The notes: generated from the letters alone by a model not told the origin. DNA of 64,000 nt from Balanoglossus misakiensis (GCA_040954595.2 CM082577.2:15941903-16005902), one strand, 5' to 3'; shown: positions 1 to 14,200, counted from the stretch's first letter. Numbers and translations: made by a program.

Positions 1-44
1 GGACAAACACAATTATTTGTGAAAGTATACATTTCTATACGTAC

Positions 45-131
45 GGGTCTCACACAGTGTACCAAAGTAGCACTGTGGATGATCCTGGGCTCTGCAGACA
101 GAATCCACCATTGTGACATTTGGGTTCAAAA
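45..131 (-). pseudogene. Possible degenerate EGF-like exon
   Basis: Minus-strand acceptor (ttcttgtttgcag) and donor (gtacgt) bound 87 bp reading EPKCHNGGFC.. in one frame and ..CYFGTLCET in another, resembling an EGF CxNGGxC...GxxC pattern broken by a frameshift. Confidence 0.3.
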
Positions 132-404
132 CTGCAAACAAGAAAATTACATCACAGTCAGGGTCTACATGTCATCATGCAGCTTTTTTAGTGATTTAAC
201 AGGTGCTTACATTAAGCCAAAAATCAACCTGAATGCCCTACTGTTACTGTATAAAATTTATGAATTTCCTAGTTTGTATGGATAGCTTATGAATACTATG
301 GCAGAATGTTTACATTGATATTTTCTGGTGTCGGCAATTTATCCATTTTCAATGACCTTTGACTTTTTCTTAATAGTATTTTTTATTCCTTTCATTATGT
401 GCAG

Positions 405-774
405 ATCATGGATGCCGTAGGAATCGTGGTAGTGGATTTAAATCATTTGGGTGCAGTCCTAGAGTTCATTCAACATCTTCAGGGGGACATCTACGAGGTG
501 AACGGGGTAATTTTCTGTTACGATCATATTACCCTCATCTATGTCCTGAATTACGTCTCAATCCACGGTATTCAACATACAGCATTTGTTGTGCTACCAG
601 GTAGGTGATATTTTAAATACTCTAAGAGATTTGAGTGTGTACGTACGTGCATACATACATAGACTCATGTTTTTTTTAAATATATTTTTGTGTTTTTTCC
701 ATAGATTAGTCCTGGAAAGAAAAGAAAGATGGAAAAGAAGAAGAAAGATGGAAAAGAAGAAGAAATTTTGTTGA
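405..774 (+). other. Two candidate exons (405-600, 705-774) of a small cationic Cys-containing peptide
   Basis: Canonical acceptors and donor (gtgcag|...|gtaggt; ccatag|). Phase-compatible join gives DHGCRRNRGSG...YYPHLCP...YSICCATRLVLERKERWKRRRKMEKKKKFC*. Confidence 0.3.
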
Positions 775-1924
775 CATTTTTTTATTGTTGTTTTAATTGT
801 AGTTTTTTTTAGTGTCTGATATAACAAATTAAACAAATGTTGAAAGAAAAAGGACTTAGTCCAGTAGCTGTTCCTTCATGCTTCATGTAAAAATGAAAAA
901 CTCATGACATGATAGGCACAGTTGTTGGATACAGTCAATTTCATCATGGAAGAAAACAATTGAAAAAATAACATGAACACGGTGGGACTAATGAAGGTCA
1001 TAAAGGTGAGTATCTGGGTGTGGTTGGATGGCTGTGTGTGTGCGTGCGTGTGTGTAACTGCATGTGTTCATTGTGTTCAAAGGAGAGTTTTGTATCATGC
1101 CTTGAGAGAGAATTTACAATAAGGCTGAATAGACCTGAATAGAACTGGAATTCAATATTATAACATAACATCATACAGTCAAAATTAGTGCTGATCAAGG
1201 CCATGAATGTAAACACAAGGTGAAATTTATGAATTACCTAGTTTGTATGCATAGCTTATGGCAGTACTGAACAAGTAAAAACTGTAAAAATATCCTATCA
1301 TGTGGTTAACTGTCTCTGAAAATTACAAGCTTCAAACGACATGTTTTCTAACTGTTTTAAATTTTGACCTATGACAGTGTAAGCCTATGACATTATTTTT
1401 CATAATTACAGTTTTATAACTTCTTGTCTTCATTTTTTAAAAATTAATGCAAATGTCTATACATCCTGAACAAATCAGCACTCAGGACAGGGTCACATAA
1501 ATTATAATTTTCCTATACTTCAACATGCATAATAACAAAGGAATCACTTTATTTTTGGCACACCTATTAATTCATGACTGGCCCCTATTTTAATAATGGT
1601 ATCGCCATGACCGGCCAACCTTTGACCTCGGAGACCACAATGTGGAGCTTTCGATCAGCTTTTCGTGTTTCAATCAAACATTGAAATCACGGGATAAAAT
1701 CACTGACTAGTTTATACCTTTTTCGGTGTTTCATCTAACCATGGAAAGGAGTATAAAAAAATGAAATGACGGCACGTAATGTGCATTTCTTGTTCACGTG
1801 AGGGGACTATATTTGTGCGTAATGATCCAAATGCAAGGGGTTGTGTGAACAGGCCTTAAATAATAAGTTGGCCTTAAATAATAAGTTGACAAACGGCGCG
1901 AGTGCATTTTTTCATGGTTTAGAA

Positions 1925-2125
1925 ATCACTTATTTATATATAATTCATTATATATAAATAATTATGTAAATCACTCATGATATATATAATAGACTTGCAC
2001 TTAAATTATTTATAAATAATTAATTAAATATAAATAATTATATAAATCACTCATGACATATATATAATACACTTAAATTTTTATTATTTATAAATAATTA
2101 ATTATATATAAATAATTATGTAAAT
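1925..2125. repeat. AT-rich imperfect tandem repeat
   Basis: Repeated tataaataattatgtaaatcactcatga-like units. Confidence 0.7.
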
Positions 2126-2910
2126 AGATATGACCTTACGATATAGAAATATGGATGTAAAAAAATTAGCAAGGAACATGCCCAATAAACTGTCATGGCA
2201 GTCTTACAAGTGGTGCTAGAAAAAAAATTGACCAAAAACTGTCTGTACAAACACGTATGAGAAGCAACTTCTTTCAGTCAGCCTTGGAACAGACAGACAG
2301 ACACACACACACACTGACCTGCCACTGGTAATTAAAAATTTAATAGCCGGTGGTCTCTGTAACAGCTGGCTTATTAAAGTTATGTAAACATGTCTAAGTT
2401 GGGGGTAACAACTCCTTGTAAACAGTAACTTTCAAAACAACTGGACAATTGGTTTAGGAGGAGATTTGCTAACCAAAAACAAAGAAACTTACAAAAAAAC
2501 TCGCTAAATATTGAATATTTCTGATGTCAGAATTGAATAAAAGTTGCACATATACATGTATGTGTTATGAAAGTATATCCTAAATTTCAGAGCAATCAGA
2601 GAAAAAAAAACAAATTTCAAAGCAATCCAACAAGCAGTTTCACAGAAAATATTTGTTCAACAGTGGCAAAAACACAAATATGCAAATATCACCAATATCG
2701 TACAATATCTTACTTCAATCACTACAAGGAACATGCTGTCAAAGTTCAATGCAATATGACAAGCGGTTTCAGAGAAAACAATTTTTGACAAAAATTGCAA
2801 AAGTTTCTCAGACAACAATTAGGGAGCTTCATACTAAATTTCAAAGAAGTAAGCCCATCACTTTCAGAAATGAAGACTTTTTACCAATAACATGGCAAAA
2901 TACAAAAAAA

Positions 2911-5251
2911 TAGCGTCAAGGACACTGTGGTCCCATTTGAGGATTATGCGGAAACAGTGACACACCAGAATAAAAATTACAGGTGACATTGCAAGCAGAT
3001 CTGCAAGCAGCAATAGCGGGCCCAAGCCAACATAGCACATAGCAACATAGCAATAAGCATATCTGCTCTGGATGCCAAGATATGGAAAAGTAGGTCAAAG
3101 GTCACCTGAGGTTATGCAAAATTTGGGCAAGAAATTTTGACCATATACTGGTCCATGTTCAACAAAAACCAAACCTATAGCCCTATTGGTTAGCCTGGAA
3201 TTAGGTATGCACATAATTAATGAGATATGCAGGTGTCACAGATGACCCCAAATTTTGGCTTTTCAATTTTAGTCCCAACCCTCCAAACGCCAAGTCTGTA
3301 CTAGTCTGGTTCCCTGCCCCAATCCCACCGCTGGCTGCGCTACGCTAAAGGGAAAGGGTCAGGCACGGCCTATTGTAAACATGGCTCTCATTGGTCAATA
3401 CATACGAAAATTAAGTTGTTAAATTGATAAGTTGTTGTAAGATACTCATTTCCCGTTCTCTCCTTCACCTCCATGAATGTTTATCATTCGATTTCCAACT
3501 TTACAACAAACGAAACAAAATAAACTGCCTGGATGAATCTTGACTGGCATACGGACATTGGAGGCATCCATCTTGTTTCACACCCAGGTTTCTGGGTGTG
3601 AAATCGGGCCGTACCTGACCCCTTTCCCTTTAGCGTAGCGCAGCCAGCGGTGGGATTGGGGCAGGGAACCAGACTAAGTCTGTACCTGCTCTGGATGCCA
3701 AGATATGATAAAGTAGGTCAAAGGTCACCTGAGGTCATGCAAAATTTGGGCAAGAAATTTTGACCCTATACTGGTCCATGTTCAACAAAAACCAAACCTA
3801 TATAGCCCTATTGGTTAGCCTGGAATTAGGTATGTACATAATTAATGAGATATGCAGGTGTCAGAGGTGACCCCCAATTTTGGCTTTTCAATTTTAGTGC
3901 CAATCCTCCAAACGCCAAGTCTGTACCTGCTCTGGATGCCAAGATATGGTAAAGTAGGTCAAAGGTCACCTAAGGTCATGCAAAATTTGGGCAAGAAATT
4001 TTTACCCTATACTGGTCCATGTTCAACAAAAACCAAACCTACAGCCCTATTGGTTAGCCTGGAATTAGGTATGCACATAATTAATGAGATATGCAGGTGT
4101 CACAGGTGACCCCCAATTTTGGCTTTTCAATTTTAGTCCCAACCCTCCAAACGCCAAGTCTGTACCTGCTCTGGATGCCGAGATATAGGAAAGTAGGTCA
4201 AAGGTCACCTGAGGTCACCCAAAATTTGGGCAAGAAATTTTGACCCTATACTGGTCCATGTCCCACAAGAACGAAACCTCTAGCCCTATTAGTTAGCCCG
4301 GAATTAGGTACGCACATAATTAATGTGTTAAGCAGGTGTTACAGGTGAGCCCAAAATTTTGACTTTTATTTTGGCCCCATTGTGCTCACTGACCAATAGA
4401 CAGTCACTGTACAGGACTATTGCACAGACCATAATTCCACAATAAGACGTGGACATAGCTTAACCATAGAGGTATAAGTAAAGGTATAAATTTAATAAAA
4501 AGACTAAAAAATTCATAAAAAATAAAACATCCACGATATCAACTTAACACTTACAGGTCGGTGTGAGGTTGACATATGGTACATGCATACCAATTTCCAA
4601 AGCAATCTGACCAGTAATTGTTGACTTACAGAGTTTTGATAAATTTCACATTTTACAAGCTAATTTGCATATTTTTGGGCCTGGCAACTTCGTTTGGACA
4701 AACTCCCATCTACAGCCCAGCCTGCACCTACACACCAAATATTGAGGTGATACGCGCAGCGGTTTTCAAGTTTTTGATGTGGACGGACATACAGACATAC
4801 ATCCATACATACATCCATCCATCCATCCATACATACACACAGACGCAACCCATCCCATAAGGTCCCATGGTATATAGGCCTATACCAATGGGACCTAAAA
4901 ATGCATAACAAATAGGAAATCAATAATATTAGCTCAAAACATACAGGACTGTATGAGGTTGACATAAGGTACATGCATACCAATTTTCAAATCAATATGA
5001 CCAGTGGTTGTTGAGATTTTGAGTTTTGACCAATTTCACATTTTCCCAGCTAATTTGCATATTTTTGGCAATGACAACTTCATTTGAACAAACTCCCATC
5101 TACAGCCCTGCCTTTATCTACACACCAAATATCGAGGTCATACGCGCAGCGTTTTTCAAGTTTTTGATGTGTACGGACATACAGACATACATCCATACAG
5201 ACGCAACCGATCCCATAAGGTCCCATGGTACATACCAATGGGACCTAAAAA
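2911..5251. mobile_element. Non-autonomous Helentron/DINE-1-like element, copy 1 (four ~239-bp internal repeats, duplicated 3' block)
   Basis: Starts tagcgtcaaggacactgtggtcccatt; subterminal inverted motif ggtcccatt/aatgggacc; tandem units at ~3063, 3686, 3927, 4166; (atac/atcc)n microsatellite; terminal hairpin 4861-4895; A-tract end; 3' block repeated to ~5251; near-identical to 7834-9170. Confidence 0.75.
3302..3676. mobile_element. Academ(H)-type MITE inserted in the DINE-like repeat
   Basis: ~65-bp TIRs tagtctggttccctgccccaatcccaccgctgg...; exact 9-bp TSD agtctgtac (3293-3301, 3677-3685); the empty site is visible in sister repeat units; same TIR family as 27641-28801. Confidence 0.9.
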
Positions 5252-7114
5252 CCACGTCGCCATTCCCTACATCTGATTTTAATCAGATTGGTGGGTCCTA
5301 TTCAGTTTTTTTTAATGTCGCCACCAACGGCGGGTACCACAAACTGTAGCTATATGACTTACGAGACAATGCATGTTGGAGGTTTTAATGATGCCACCAA
5401 CAACTTTGTTAACTATAAAAGGCTGCAGAACTCGAGAAAATAATTCTGAGCAAAAACTCATTCGAGTAATTTTGTTTCTCTTGTGTGCGGGCGATTTTTG
5501 TTGATTTTTTTTTAGTTTTGTGCCGTTGAGCAAAATATTTTATATTTAAATCTTAGTAATGAGAATATGTTTAGACTGTAAAATACATTTAAATGCATTA
5601 CAACACATTGTGAAATGTGTATAATATAAACAAGCTTTTTAAATACATTTTGGAAATAACTTTTTAGTAAACCTTTAACAACATGCAAGACATGGAAGCA
5701 CAGTCCAGATTTTAATCAAATTGTATGAATAATTGTTTTCCTCAAGGTAAAGCGGTGGGTCGACACGGGCGCGCGCCTGTGTCATCTATCATAAAGCAGG
5801 CCACAATGGTGGTATTTATTTTGAAGGTAGGCCATAAATTATATTAAAAGCAAGAAAGTGTAACAAAATTCTCAAAATCATAAATTATTGAAACATTTTC
5901 CTCAATATATATACATATTTCTTTTTGCTCTTATAAATTTCTTTTAAAAGTTAAAAAGCAGTAATGCATGGTCATTAGTTGTTTACATAACCTATTAATA
6001 GAAATATGCCAAACTGTGTAAATATGCTTATTTGGATTGGTGAGATTATATTGAAGATATGTATGGTTGTAGATACTACTGTACGCCCTGGGACTGGTAT
6101 ATTAATGTGGGATACCGTTTTTAAGATCCACATAAAAATTCTGCAACTTTTTATAATCATGACAAGAAGTCTTCATCTTTTTATCTGAATTTACATGAAA
6201 TTAACGAAAACTTTATTATTGATAGGTTCTCCTGAACTAAAACAGTTCATAAATGATGAATTAGTTCAGAAGAAGTTTACTGATTGTTTTTCTGAAATCG
6301 GTAAGAACAATCAATTGTATGCTGGTTTTTTGGAGCATGATGGTATATAGTGTAAGAATTTTTTGCAAGTAAATTCCACCGAATTTTTCATACATTACAA
6401 CCAAAACAATCATGCATTATTCTTACTTTTTATGTACATGTATTTTATTCTTGCTGCTTTTCAGAGCTGAGGACTGAGTCCAGAATAACCCAATGTGATA
6501 ATTTTCCTAAAAATCCACACAACATGACATTGTCCGCCATGCGGACATTTGTCAGTATTAAAACTAAACACTATGGTAAGTATAAATATACCACTGTATA
6601 AATGTACCACTGTTGGATGTTCAATATATGCCAAAATATAAAAAAATTATGTTTCCTGTAACATGCGCTTCAGAAATAGGGTCGGTAGGTTGAAATATTA
6701 TTTTTATTTTGTTGGCCTTTTTTATCAATGTATGACCCGACATGTATGTGTAATTTCAACTTTTTAACATATCTCATGTAATCTCACGAAAGAAAGTGTA
6801 CGGTTGTCGGGTTCTATGTCGTATTACTATAACACTATCAATCTGGTAGATATGTTGACAAAACATTTGACCATATGGCCAATGAATCAAGAAATTGACT
6901 GCATGGCTACACTTGATGGGATGATATAATTTCACTGACCAATATTGTGTCACAGAAGTATCCATTCCTAAAAAGAGAGGTTGGGAGTACATGTCTGTTG
7001 AACATTTATGTTCATTTAACACAAATAATTACCTCAAATGACATATCTAAATACAGTAACTTTGTGCGTTTAATCTTGCTGGTTCAGTCATTTTTTCTGG
7101 CAACATTTCTTTAA

Positions 7115-7610
7115 CCCTTCTCCTGCTGAACCCAGAATATTCCGGGCGTTGGGGACGCACCCACAAATCAAACCCGGAATATTCCGGGCCACACAAGGTC
7201 ACATCTCTACGTTGAAAAACATTGTTTAATAAAGTGATAATTGAAACATTCAAATGAATCTTTTCGTGTATTATAATGGTGACGTTGATTGGGTAGTTGG
7301 GTGAAAGTTTGGTCACGTGATATGAAATTCCCGAATGTTTGACGCAATGTTTTGATTTCAGGGGGGAAAGTCTGTCACGGTGCATTTCAAAATGGCGGCA
7401 ACAGATGCTGATGCCCGTCAGCTGCAACATTTACCCCCGGAAATTCAAGAAATTTTCAATGATGACAATAGTGGTGAAGAATTTTTGGGTTTTTCTGATG
7501 TCGACGATGACTCCGACAGTGATTTTGATGCCCAGGAAGCAGAAGGCTGGCAGCCAGTGAACGCGGACCATCAGCGTCGACAACCGCCGTTTACTGGCAA
7601 CTCAGGCTTT
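7115..7610 (+). mobile_element. piggyBac 5' end with transposase N-terminal remnant
   Basis: TTAA|CCC terminus at 7111-7117, then acidic MAATDAD...EEFLGFSDVDDDSDSDF...GW...PPFTGNSG typical of PGBD N-termini; truncated. Confidence 0.7.
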
Positions 7611-7833
7611 CAAGTAGCTGCAATGATTGTAGCGGGTGCTGCTAGGTGCATAACCGCTACAAGGCCTTGTGTGTAATTTTCCAATCAAATTTCTGTCATC
7701 AGCTCAGTTATAGGGTTTAACTCTTACCTGCGATAACATTTGAAAACCGAACGGTTGCATCCCCCCCCCCAAAAAAAACACCTCCGACGGCCAAATTTCC
7801 CCCCCCCCAAAGTGTCCTGCTTCCATTAAAAAC

Positions 7834-9170
7834 TAGCGTCAAGGACACTGTGGTCCCATTTGAGGATTATGCGGAAACAGTGACACACCAGAATAAAAAT
7901 TACAGGTGACATTGCAAGCAGATCTGCAAGCAGCAATATCGGGCCCAAGCCAACATAGCACATAGCAACATAGCAATAAGCATATCTGCTCTGGATGCCA
8001 AGATATGGAAAAGTAGGTCAAAGGTCACCTGAGGTTATGCAAAATTTGGGCAAGAAATTTTGACCCTATACTGGTCCATGTTCAACAAAAACCAAACCTA
8101 TAGCCCTATCGGTTAGCCTGGAATTAGGTATGCACATAATTAATGAGATATGCAGGTGTCACAGGTGACCCCAAATTTTGGCTTTTCAATTTTAGTACCA
8201 ACCCTCCAAACGCCAAGTCTGTACCTGCTCTGGATGCCAAGATATGATAAAGTAGGTCAGAGGTCACCTGAGGTCATGCAAAATTTGGGCAAGAAATTTT
8301 GACCCTATACTGGTCCAGTTTCAACAAAAACCAAACCTATAGCCCTATTGGTTAGCCTGGAATTAGGTATGCACATAATTAATGAGATATGCAGGTGTCA
8401 CAGGTGACCCCCAATTTTGGCTTTTCAATTTTAGTCCCAACCCTCCAAACGCCAAGTCTGTACCTGCTCTGGATGCCGAGATATAGGAAAGTAGGTCAAA
8501 GGTCACCTGAGGTCACCAAAAATTTGGGCAAGAAATTTTGACCCTATACTGGTCCATGTCCCACAAGAACGAAACCTGTAGCCCTATTAGTTAGCCCGGA
8601 ATTAGGTATGCACATAATTAATGTGTTAAGCAGGTGTTACAGGTGAGCCCAAAATTTTGCCTTTTATTCACTGACCAATAGACAGTCACTGTACAGGACT
8701 ATTGCACAGACCAGAATTCCACAATTAGACATGGACATAGCTTTACCATAGAGGTATAAGTAAAGGTATAAATTTAATAAAAAGACTAAACAATTCATAA
8801 AAAATAAAACATCAATGATATTAACTTAACACTTACAGGTCGATGTGAGGTTGACATATGGTACATGCATACCAACTTTTTAAAGCAATCTGACCAGTGG
8901 TTGTTGACTTTCAGAGTTTTGATAAATTTCACATTTTTCCAGCTTATTTGCATATTTTTTGGGCCTGGCAACTTCGTTTGGACTAACTCCCATCTACAGC
9001 CCTGCCTGCATCTGCACACCAAATATCAAGGTGATACGCGCAGCGGTTTTCAAGTTTTTGATGTGGACGGACATACAGACATACATCCATCCATACATAC
9101 ATACATACAGACGCAACCGATCCCATAAGGTCCCATGGTATATATGCCTATACCAATGGGACCTAAAAAA
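7834..9170. mobile_element. Non-autonomous Helentron/DINE-1-like element, copy 2 (three 239-bp repeats)
   Basis: Same ends as copy 1; units start at 7986, 8225, 8464; microsatellite and terminal hairpin ggtcccatggtatatatgcctataccaatgggacc. Confidence 0.75.
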
Positions 9171-9362
9171 CGATAAATCCACTGAAGTTTCGCCGATGTG
9201 TTCCGCCATGTGTGAGCAAACATGGCGGACAAAGTTTGTAAACATGTTGCGAACCTCAGTACTTGGCACTTAAGCAGGTTTTAGTAAATAGAACAAGATA
9301 TAGTGGTAAATGTTGCACAATACAAAAATATTGACACAATTCAGTCTTAAATTTTCCAACAG

Positions 9363-10812
9363 ATCTTCCTGTTGTAACCGAAAAACTGAAAGACTTCCTA
9401 AACAGCAAGGGAAGTGAGGACACACACAACATTGTTGTCCCACATGAAGAAAATCCAAGACAAACTACTAGCAGCACGCCACCAGAGAAAGATGAAAGAT
9501 CTCCACCAAAGGTACAATTTCAGAAAATACATATGTACATTTTTGGCACATTTGGAAACTCAATCTTAGATAAATAACATAATTTTTTCACTAAAACTTT
9601 AAAACTAATACATGTACACCCAAATCTATGTGACAAACAATTAGGCAAGTCATCATAGCCAATTAAAAATGTCGTTTTGTTGTTCAGGTGAAGCTTGGAG
9701 GAAACATTCTGATTGATGTGGCCGCATTAAGAAAATGCAATGGTACAAACTTTAAGACCTACACAAAGGGATTTAATGTCAGCCTTGTTCAGCCGGGCTA
9801 TGATGGCAACATCATCACTGACTGGGAAACAGTCAAATGCTCACATGGGGAAAGTCGCCAAGCCAAAGCTCCCAGATGATAGAGTCCAGGCAATAATCAG
9901 TAGATCAAAGTCTCTCTCTCGTTGCCCTTTTGCCATTAATTAAGTTTGATACAAGACACTGTTTATGTTATTCTGCATGTGGGTATATAGTGAATCAACG
10001 GTCCAACCACACACAACTTCCATCCCACTTGTACACACAAGAGTAAAAATCAAGCCAAAATGAACAATCGTTCTCTACCATTTAATGATTTATTCATTTT
10101 GGGCGAGTTTTTACTCTCATATCATACAAGCGGGATGGAAGGTGTGTGTGGTACGTTGAACGTTGATTCACTATATACCCACATGTAGAATAACACAAAT
10201 GGTATCTTGTATCAAACATAATTAATGGCAAAAGGGCAGCAAGAGAGAGACTTAGTCCCTTTAATGAATTATCTTCCACATATATTAATGGGGCCTTTAA
10301 GAATACCAGTAATTCACATCATTATAAATTTATGTGGACCTGCATGAAATGAAATCAAGGAGTGCACAGAACTTTAAATATCCCATGATTCATTCTGATT
10401 TGTAAACATGGAGGTTGACCACTGGTCCAAAGCAGTGCCAATTTATCCTTAATCGTTCATCAAGTACTCCGGGTGTATAATAATAAGGTTATTCACAGAA
10501 AGTTTTTAGAAAGCCAACCTCAAAGATACAAATCAGAGAGAATGTGTGTGTAAACTAATGTATTGTGGAGTGCTATAGATTGTCCGAAATATTGCACCTT
10601 TTCAGTGTTTTATGACCATAAATGTTTACATTGAAGCTCATCATCATCATCATCATCGTCGTCGTCATCATCATCAAAAATTTAAAAAAAAAATGTCTTT
10701 TTTTAAGGTCATGTAACTACGCGTTTTAAAGCAGAAGAAAAGGAAGTGAGAAGAGTTATTAAAACCAAATTAAATGATGAAGGGAAGCTCATGAAAAAAA
10801 ACAAAGTTTTAA
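9363..10812 (+). pseudogene. Spliced BEN-domain protein pseudogene, probably TE-borne
   Basis: Exons ~9363-9511, ~9688-9900 and ~10708-10812 give RDLMSALFSRAMMATSSLTGKQSNAH..AKPKLPDDRVQAII / HVTTRFKAEEKEVRRVIKTKLNDE, a BEN-domain pattern; one frameshift. Confidence 0.7.
9907..10264. mobile_element. Foldback (palindromic) MITE, Kolobok-like right end
   Basis: ~160-bp imperfect inverted arms (aagtctctctctcgttgcccttttgcc / ggcaaaagggcagcaagagagagactt); right end ccct|ttaa. Confidence 0.7.
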
Positions 10813-10979
10813 AAGTAGATTTAGCTTTCACTTGACGTAGTTTGTTAATGTTGTTTACAATATACTGTTTATGCTTGTTCATACAATTAAGTTTTTATGG
10901 TAATAAAATAATTAATTCAAACAATAAACACTTCTCTGTTAATTTTAGTAACTAACTTTCAAGTTTTGCTGTACCTATG

Positions 10980-11266
10980 ATATCAGAATCATACAGAATT
11001 CTTTAAGTAATCCAATTAAAATTCCTTGAGGAAAAATCCTATTGAAATCCTTTAGGAACCCTATTGAAAACCTAAAGGATTATTTTAGGGTTCCTATAGG
11101 AATCCTTAAGGGGCCCTTAAATGATTCTTTTAGGACTCCTACAGGAATCATATAGGAATTCTTAAAGGATTCCTATAAGAAAGGTGCCCAAATCTTATAA
11201 GACTATCACATTGGAATCCTATAGGATAGTCCTACAAGACAATCCTATATGATATTTTTGTAAGGG
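10980..11266. mobile_element. DNA transposon terminus with dense subterminal repeats (CACTA/EnSpm-like)
   Basis: Many short aatcct/aggatt/ttaagg motifs in both orientations, ending tttttgtaaggg just downstream of the BEN gene. Confidence 0.45.
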
Positions 11267-14200
11267 TGATTTTATTTGCATTCCCACGATGAATCTTGAA
11301 ATAACTTCCATATAATGAGGCAGTCAAACAGCAATTTAATAATTTTTCTGCGTTCCCTAAATGCACCTTTAAATACCAAACATATCAGAAATTTATACAC
11401 AGTAAAGATAGCTACCTCTTACAAATCATTTTTTGTTCCAGCCTTTTTTTCTTCTCAGTGAATAAAGAAACATGTTGGTTATGTTTGGTGGATACTGTGT
11501 ACAGATTTCCTAAAAAAAGCATTCTCAAGGGACAAACTGAAACAGTATGCAACACAAAAGCAGGCAAACAGCTTATTCTCACCAAGTACATCATTGCAGA
11601 TAAAGACAGTTTGTAAGAATATACAAAACGGCGTCCACTTCTTTACATAAAGCTACAGTATTGATTTCCTCTGCTCTTTCCGAAGCAAATTCTATACTCT
11701 ATCTCTGCCTGCGTGCTTCTACTACAAGCTAAATTAAATAGAAACATTTTGACGGTACGAAATAAGTATGCACAATTTACACTGTGAGTGTGGGGTTTAA
11801 CCATAGCTCTTAATCTAACAAAATGTCATGCAAAACTGTACTATAACTAATAACAGTATGCCATGCCGAAGCCTAGCTCTGTACCGTGCCTTTTTCGCTT
11901 AGAGGGGCGGCGGCCTAAAAGCTTATAAAAGAACTCATGCACAGCCCAAATAAGCAGAAAATGTCATGCTGTGTACTGACTGATAATAAACTGTCATTTC
12001 ACCCCAGCTATGCGCTCCAAAACTGATGTGGCATTAACACCAGAGGACGTGTACTGATCTGATTGAATCAGATCCCGTGAGGAGTACGGTGCCCAGAGTA
12101 CACGTATCCAGAGAAATGCCAATAGTTTTGTTACATCTTCGCCCGCCATAATGCAAGGTCAACCTTACTCTCCGGAAAATACGAGACTGTAGTCGAGCGA
12201 GCACGTGCGAGCGGAAAGTGGTGTTGCTATCGTCGATGAGGCGAATTCAGACATAGCGCTAACAAGTAGTGTCTGTCATGACTATCACACCAAAGGCGTT
12301 ATTTACGGTATAAATATAAGAAAAAAACAGGCTAAGTCGGCGAGGTCTGTACACGACACGTCTTCGTTACCGAGACGCCATTTGTATCTGATCGATTTTG
12401 CATACTGGTCAGGAAGCCACGCCTTACAGCCTCGTTCGCGGATGACATGTTTCATTGTAGTGATGCATATGATCAGTCAGATCGCACGGCATTCATTAAC
12501 ATATGCAAATGAGAAAGTACTTCAAACCATGTAGCCGTTAGAGTGGGCCCCGCTGAAGGGTCGCGAAATAGGCCATTTTTTTACTCGATATTATAGAGCT
12601 GTTTTCAGGCGATGTGGATTATTTTAAGACAAAACCGTGGATTCACTTGAAGGTAGGTATACTGGATTGTTACTGAATGATTTTTTGGCAACTTCTGTCG
12701 AGTAGTTTCTTTGTAATCACGAAATTTCTGACGACTGTGAAAAAACACATAGCGTTGACATCCTCTCGATTATTTTTAAGCTGACCGTTACACATGGATT
12801 TTACCACGAAATTTCAAACTTTTATCAAAATATAGACATCAAACTCCCTCTCTTTGAGTTTTCATTCACTTCCAAGCTTTGATAGTGACGATATGACCAG
12901 TTCAATTTTGTTTACCTTTCAACCTGTGAGCGCCATTTTGTTTACTTTTCAACCCGTGAGCGCCACTTCTTCTGCAAAATGGCGGGAGAAGACAGCATGC
13001 ATGTGTACGTATATACGCTGGCGCAGGCTTGATCCTGGGTTGTACCAGCTGCGTAGTTTTCCCTCCTCTCTCGTGCGAAGAAATTTTGATTGCTGATATG
13101 TAATCCCGAGTTTTACTAAACCCTAACAATTATTTTATGAAGGTTTGCCCGTCAAGGAAACTCACTTTTTTTAATTTTATTGTTCTTTCAGATTGATGAA
13201 GACTGATTTTTGTGGTGGTGGTGTTGCAGTTGACTGTTTTATTTTAGCTGTCTGAGTTGACAATTTATTCTGTATTTTGTTGTATTTTTAACTCTTTATC
13301 CTGTATTTTGTAGTAGTATTTTGAACACTGTTTAATAAATAAATTACTATTATTATTATTTATCGACCCAATGCAATGATGACAAATCGCTCGCCTTCAG
13401 ACACAAATGTTGTATTTATTGCATATATCATCGGCGAATAAAGGGAAGTGGTTTCGAAGTTACACTTGGCATTTTCGAAAAGTCTACTTATATCCCACGA
13501 TGCGGAGAAAAAAATATATACAAAATACGTCAGCTGAGCTCATCCCACGATGCGGAGAAAAAAATATATACAAAATACGTCAGCTGAGCTCCTCACGAAC
13601 GGTAAACCTGGCATTCTGTGCATGGGTAATCAAATATTTGTTTGTAGCCCAATGTAGGCGAACGGTGTGGAGCACCCGGGCGCGGCACTCGTGCGATTGA
13701 TCGATGTTGTGTCGAAATCAGGCCAGTAATTAAGTTAAAACTTGGCTGATATGTTACCTTAGAGTGTTATACACTATCCAGTAACTTTTACTTGACAAGT
13801 GTCTTTTAGAAACTTTTCCCCACGATAAACGTGTCGTTTCACGAGCAACGCAACACTTCCGTATTTACAAGCCTAACATGGAGAGGTCAACGTAGGGCCT
13901 ATACTTCCGGGTCATATCGTCGAACTACATTGATTATTTTTAAGCTGACCGTTACACAAGCATTTCGAGTGAACAGTGAACGTGAATATCATGACTGACG
14001 ATACGCTCTGCATTCCCAGATGTTGGTAGTCCTAAATGTACATACATCATCGGTCATGGAGAGTGACTTGTCGAAAATAGGAGTTCTTCTGGCTTGTAGA
14101 CCCCATTGCACGCAACTTTTACAGCAGCGGTTGTCTGTCATATTTTCAAGAAACATGTCATTTATAGTTTTTCTGTTGATTATGAATTATTGATTGTACG

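Noticed and set aside
3852-5349. Short ORFs repeated at 7839-9273
   Set aside because: They lie within non-coding DINE-like repeats and have no protein motifs.
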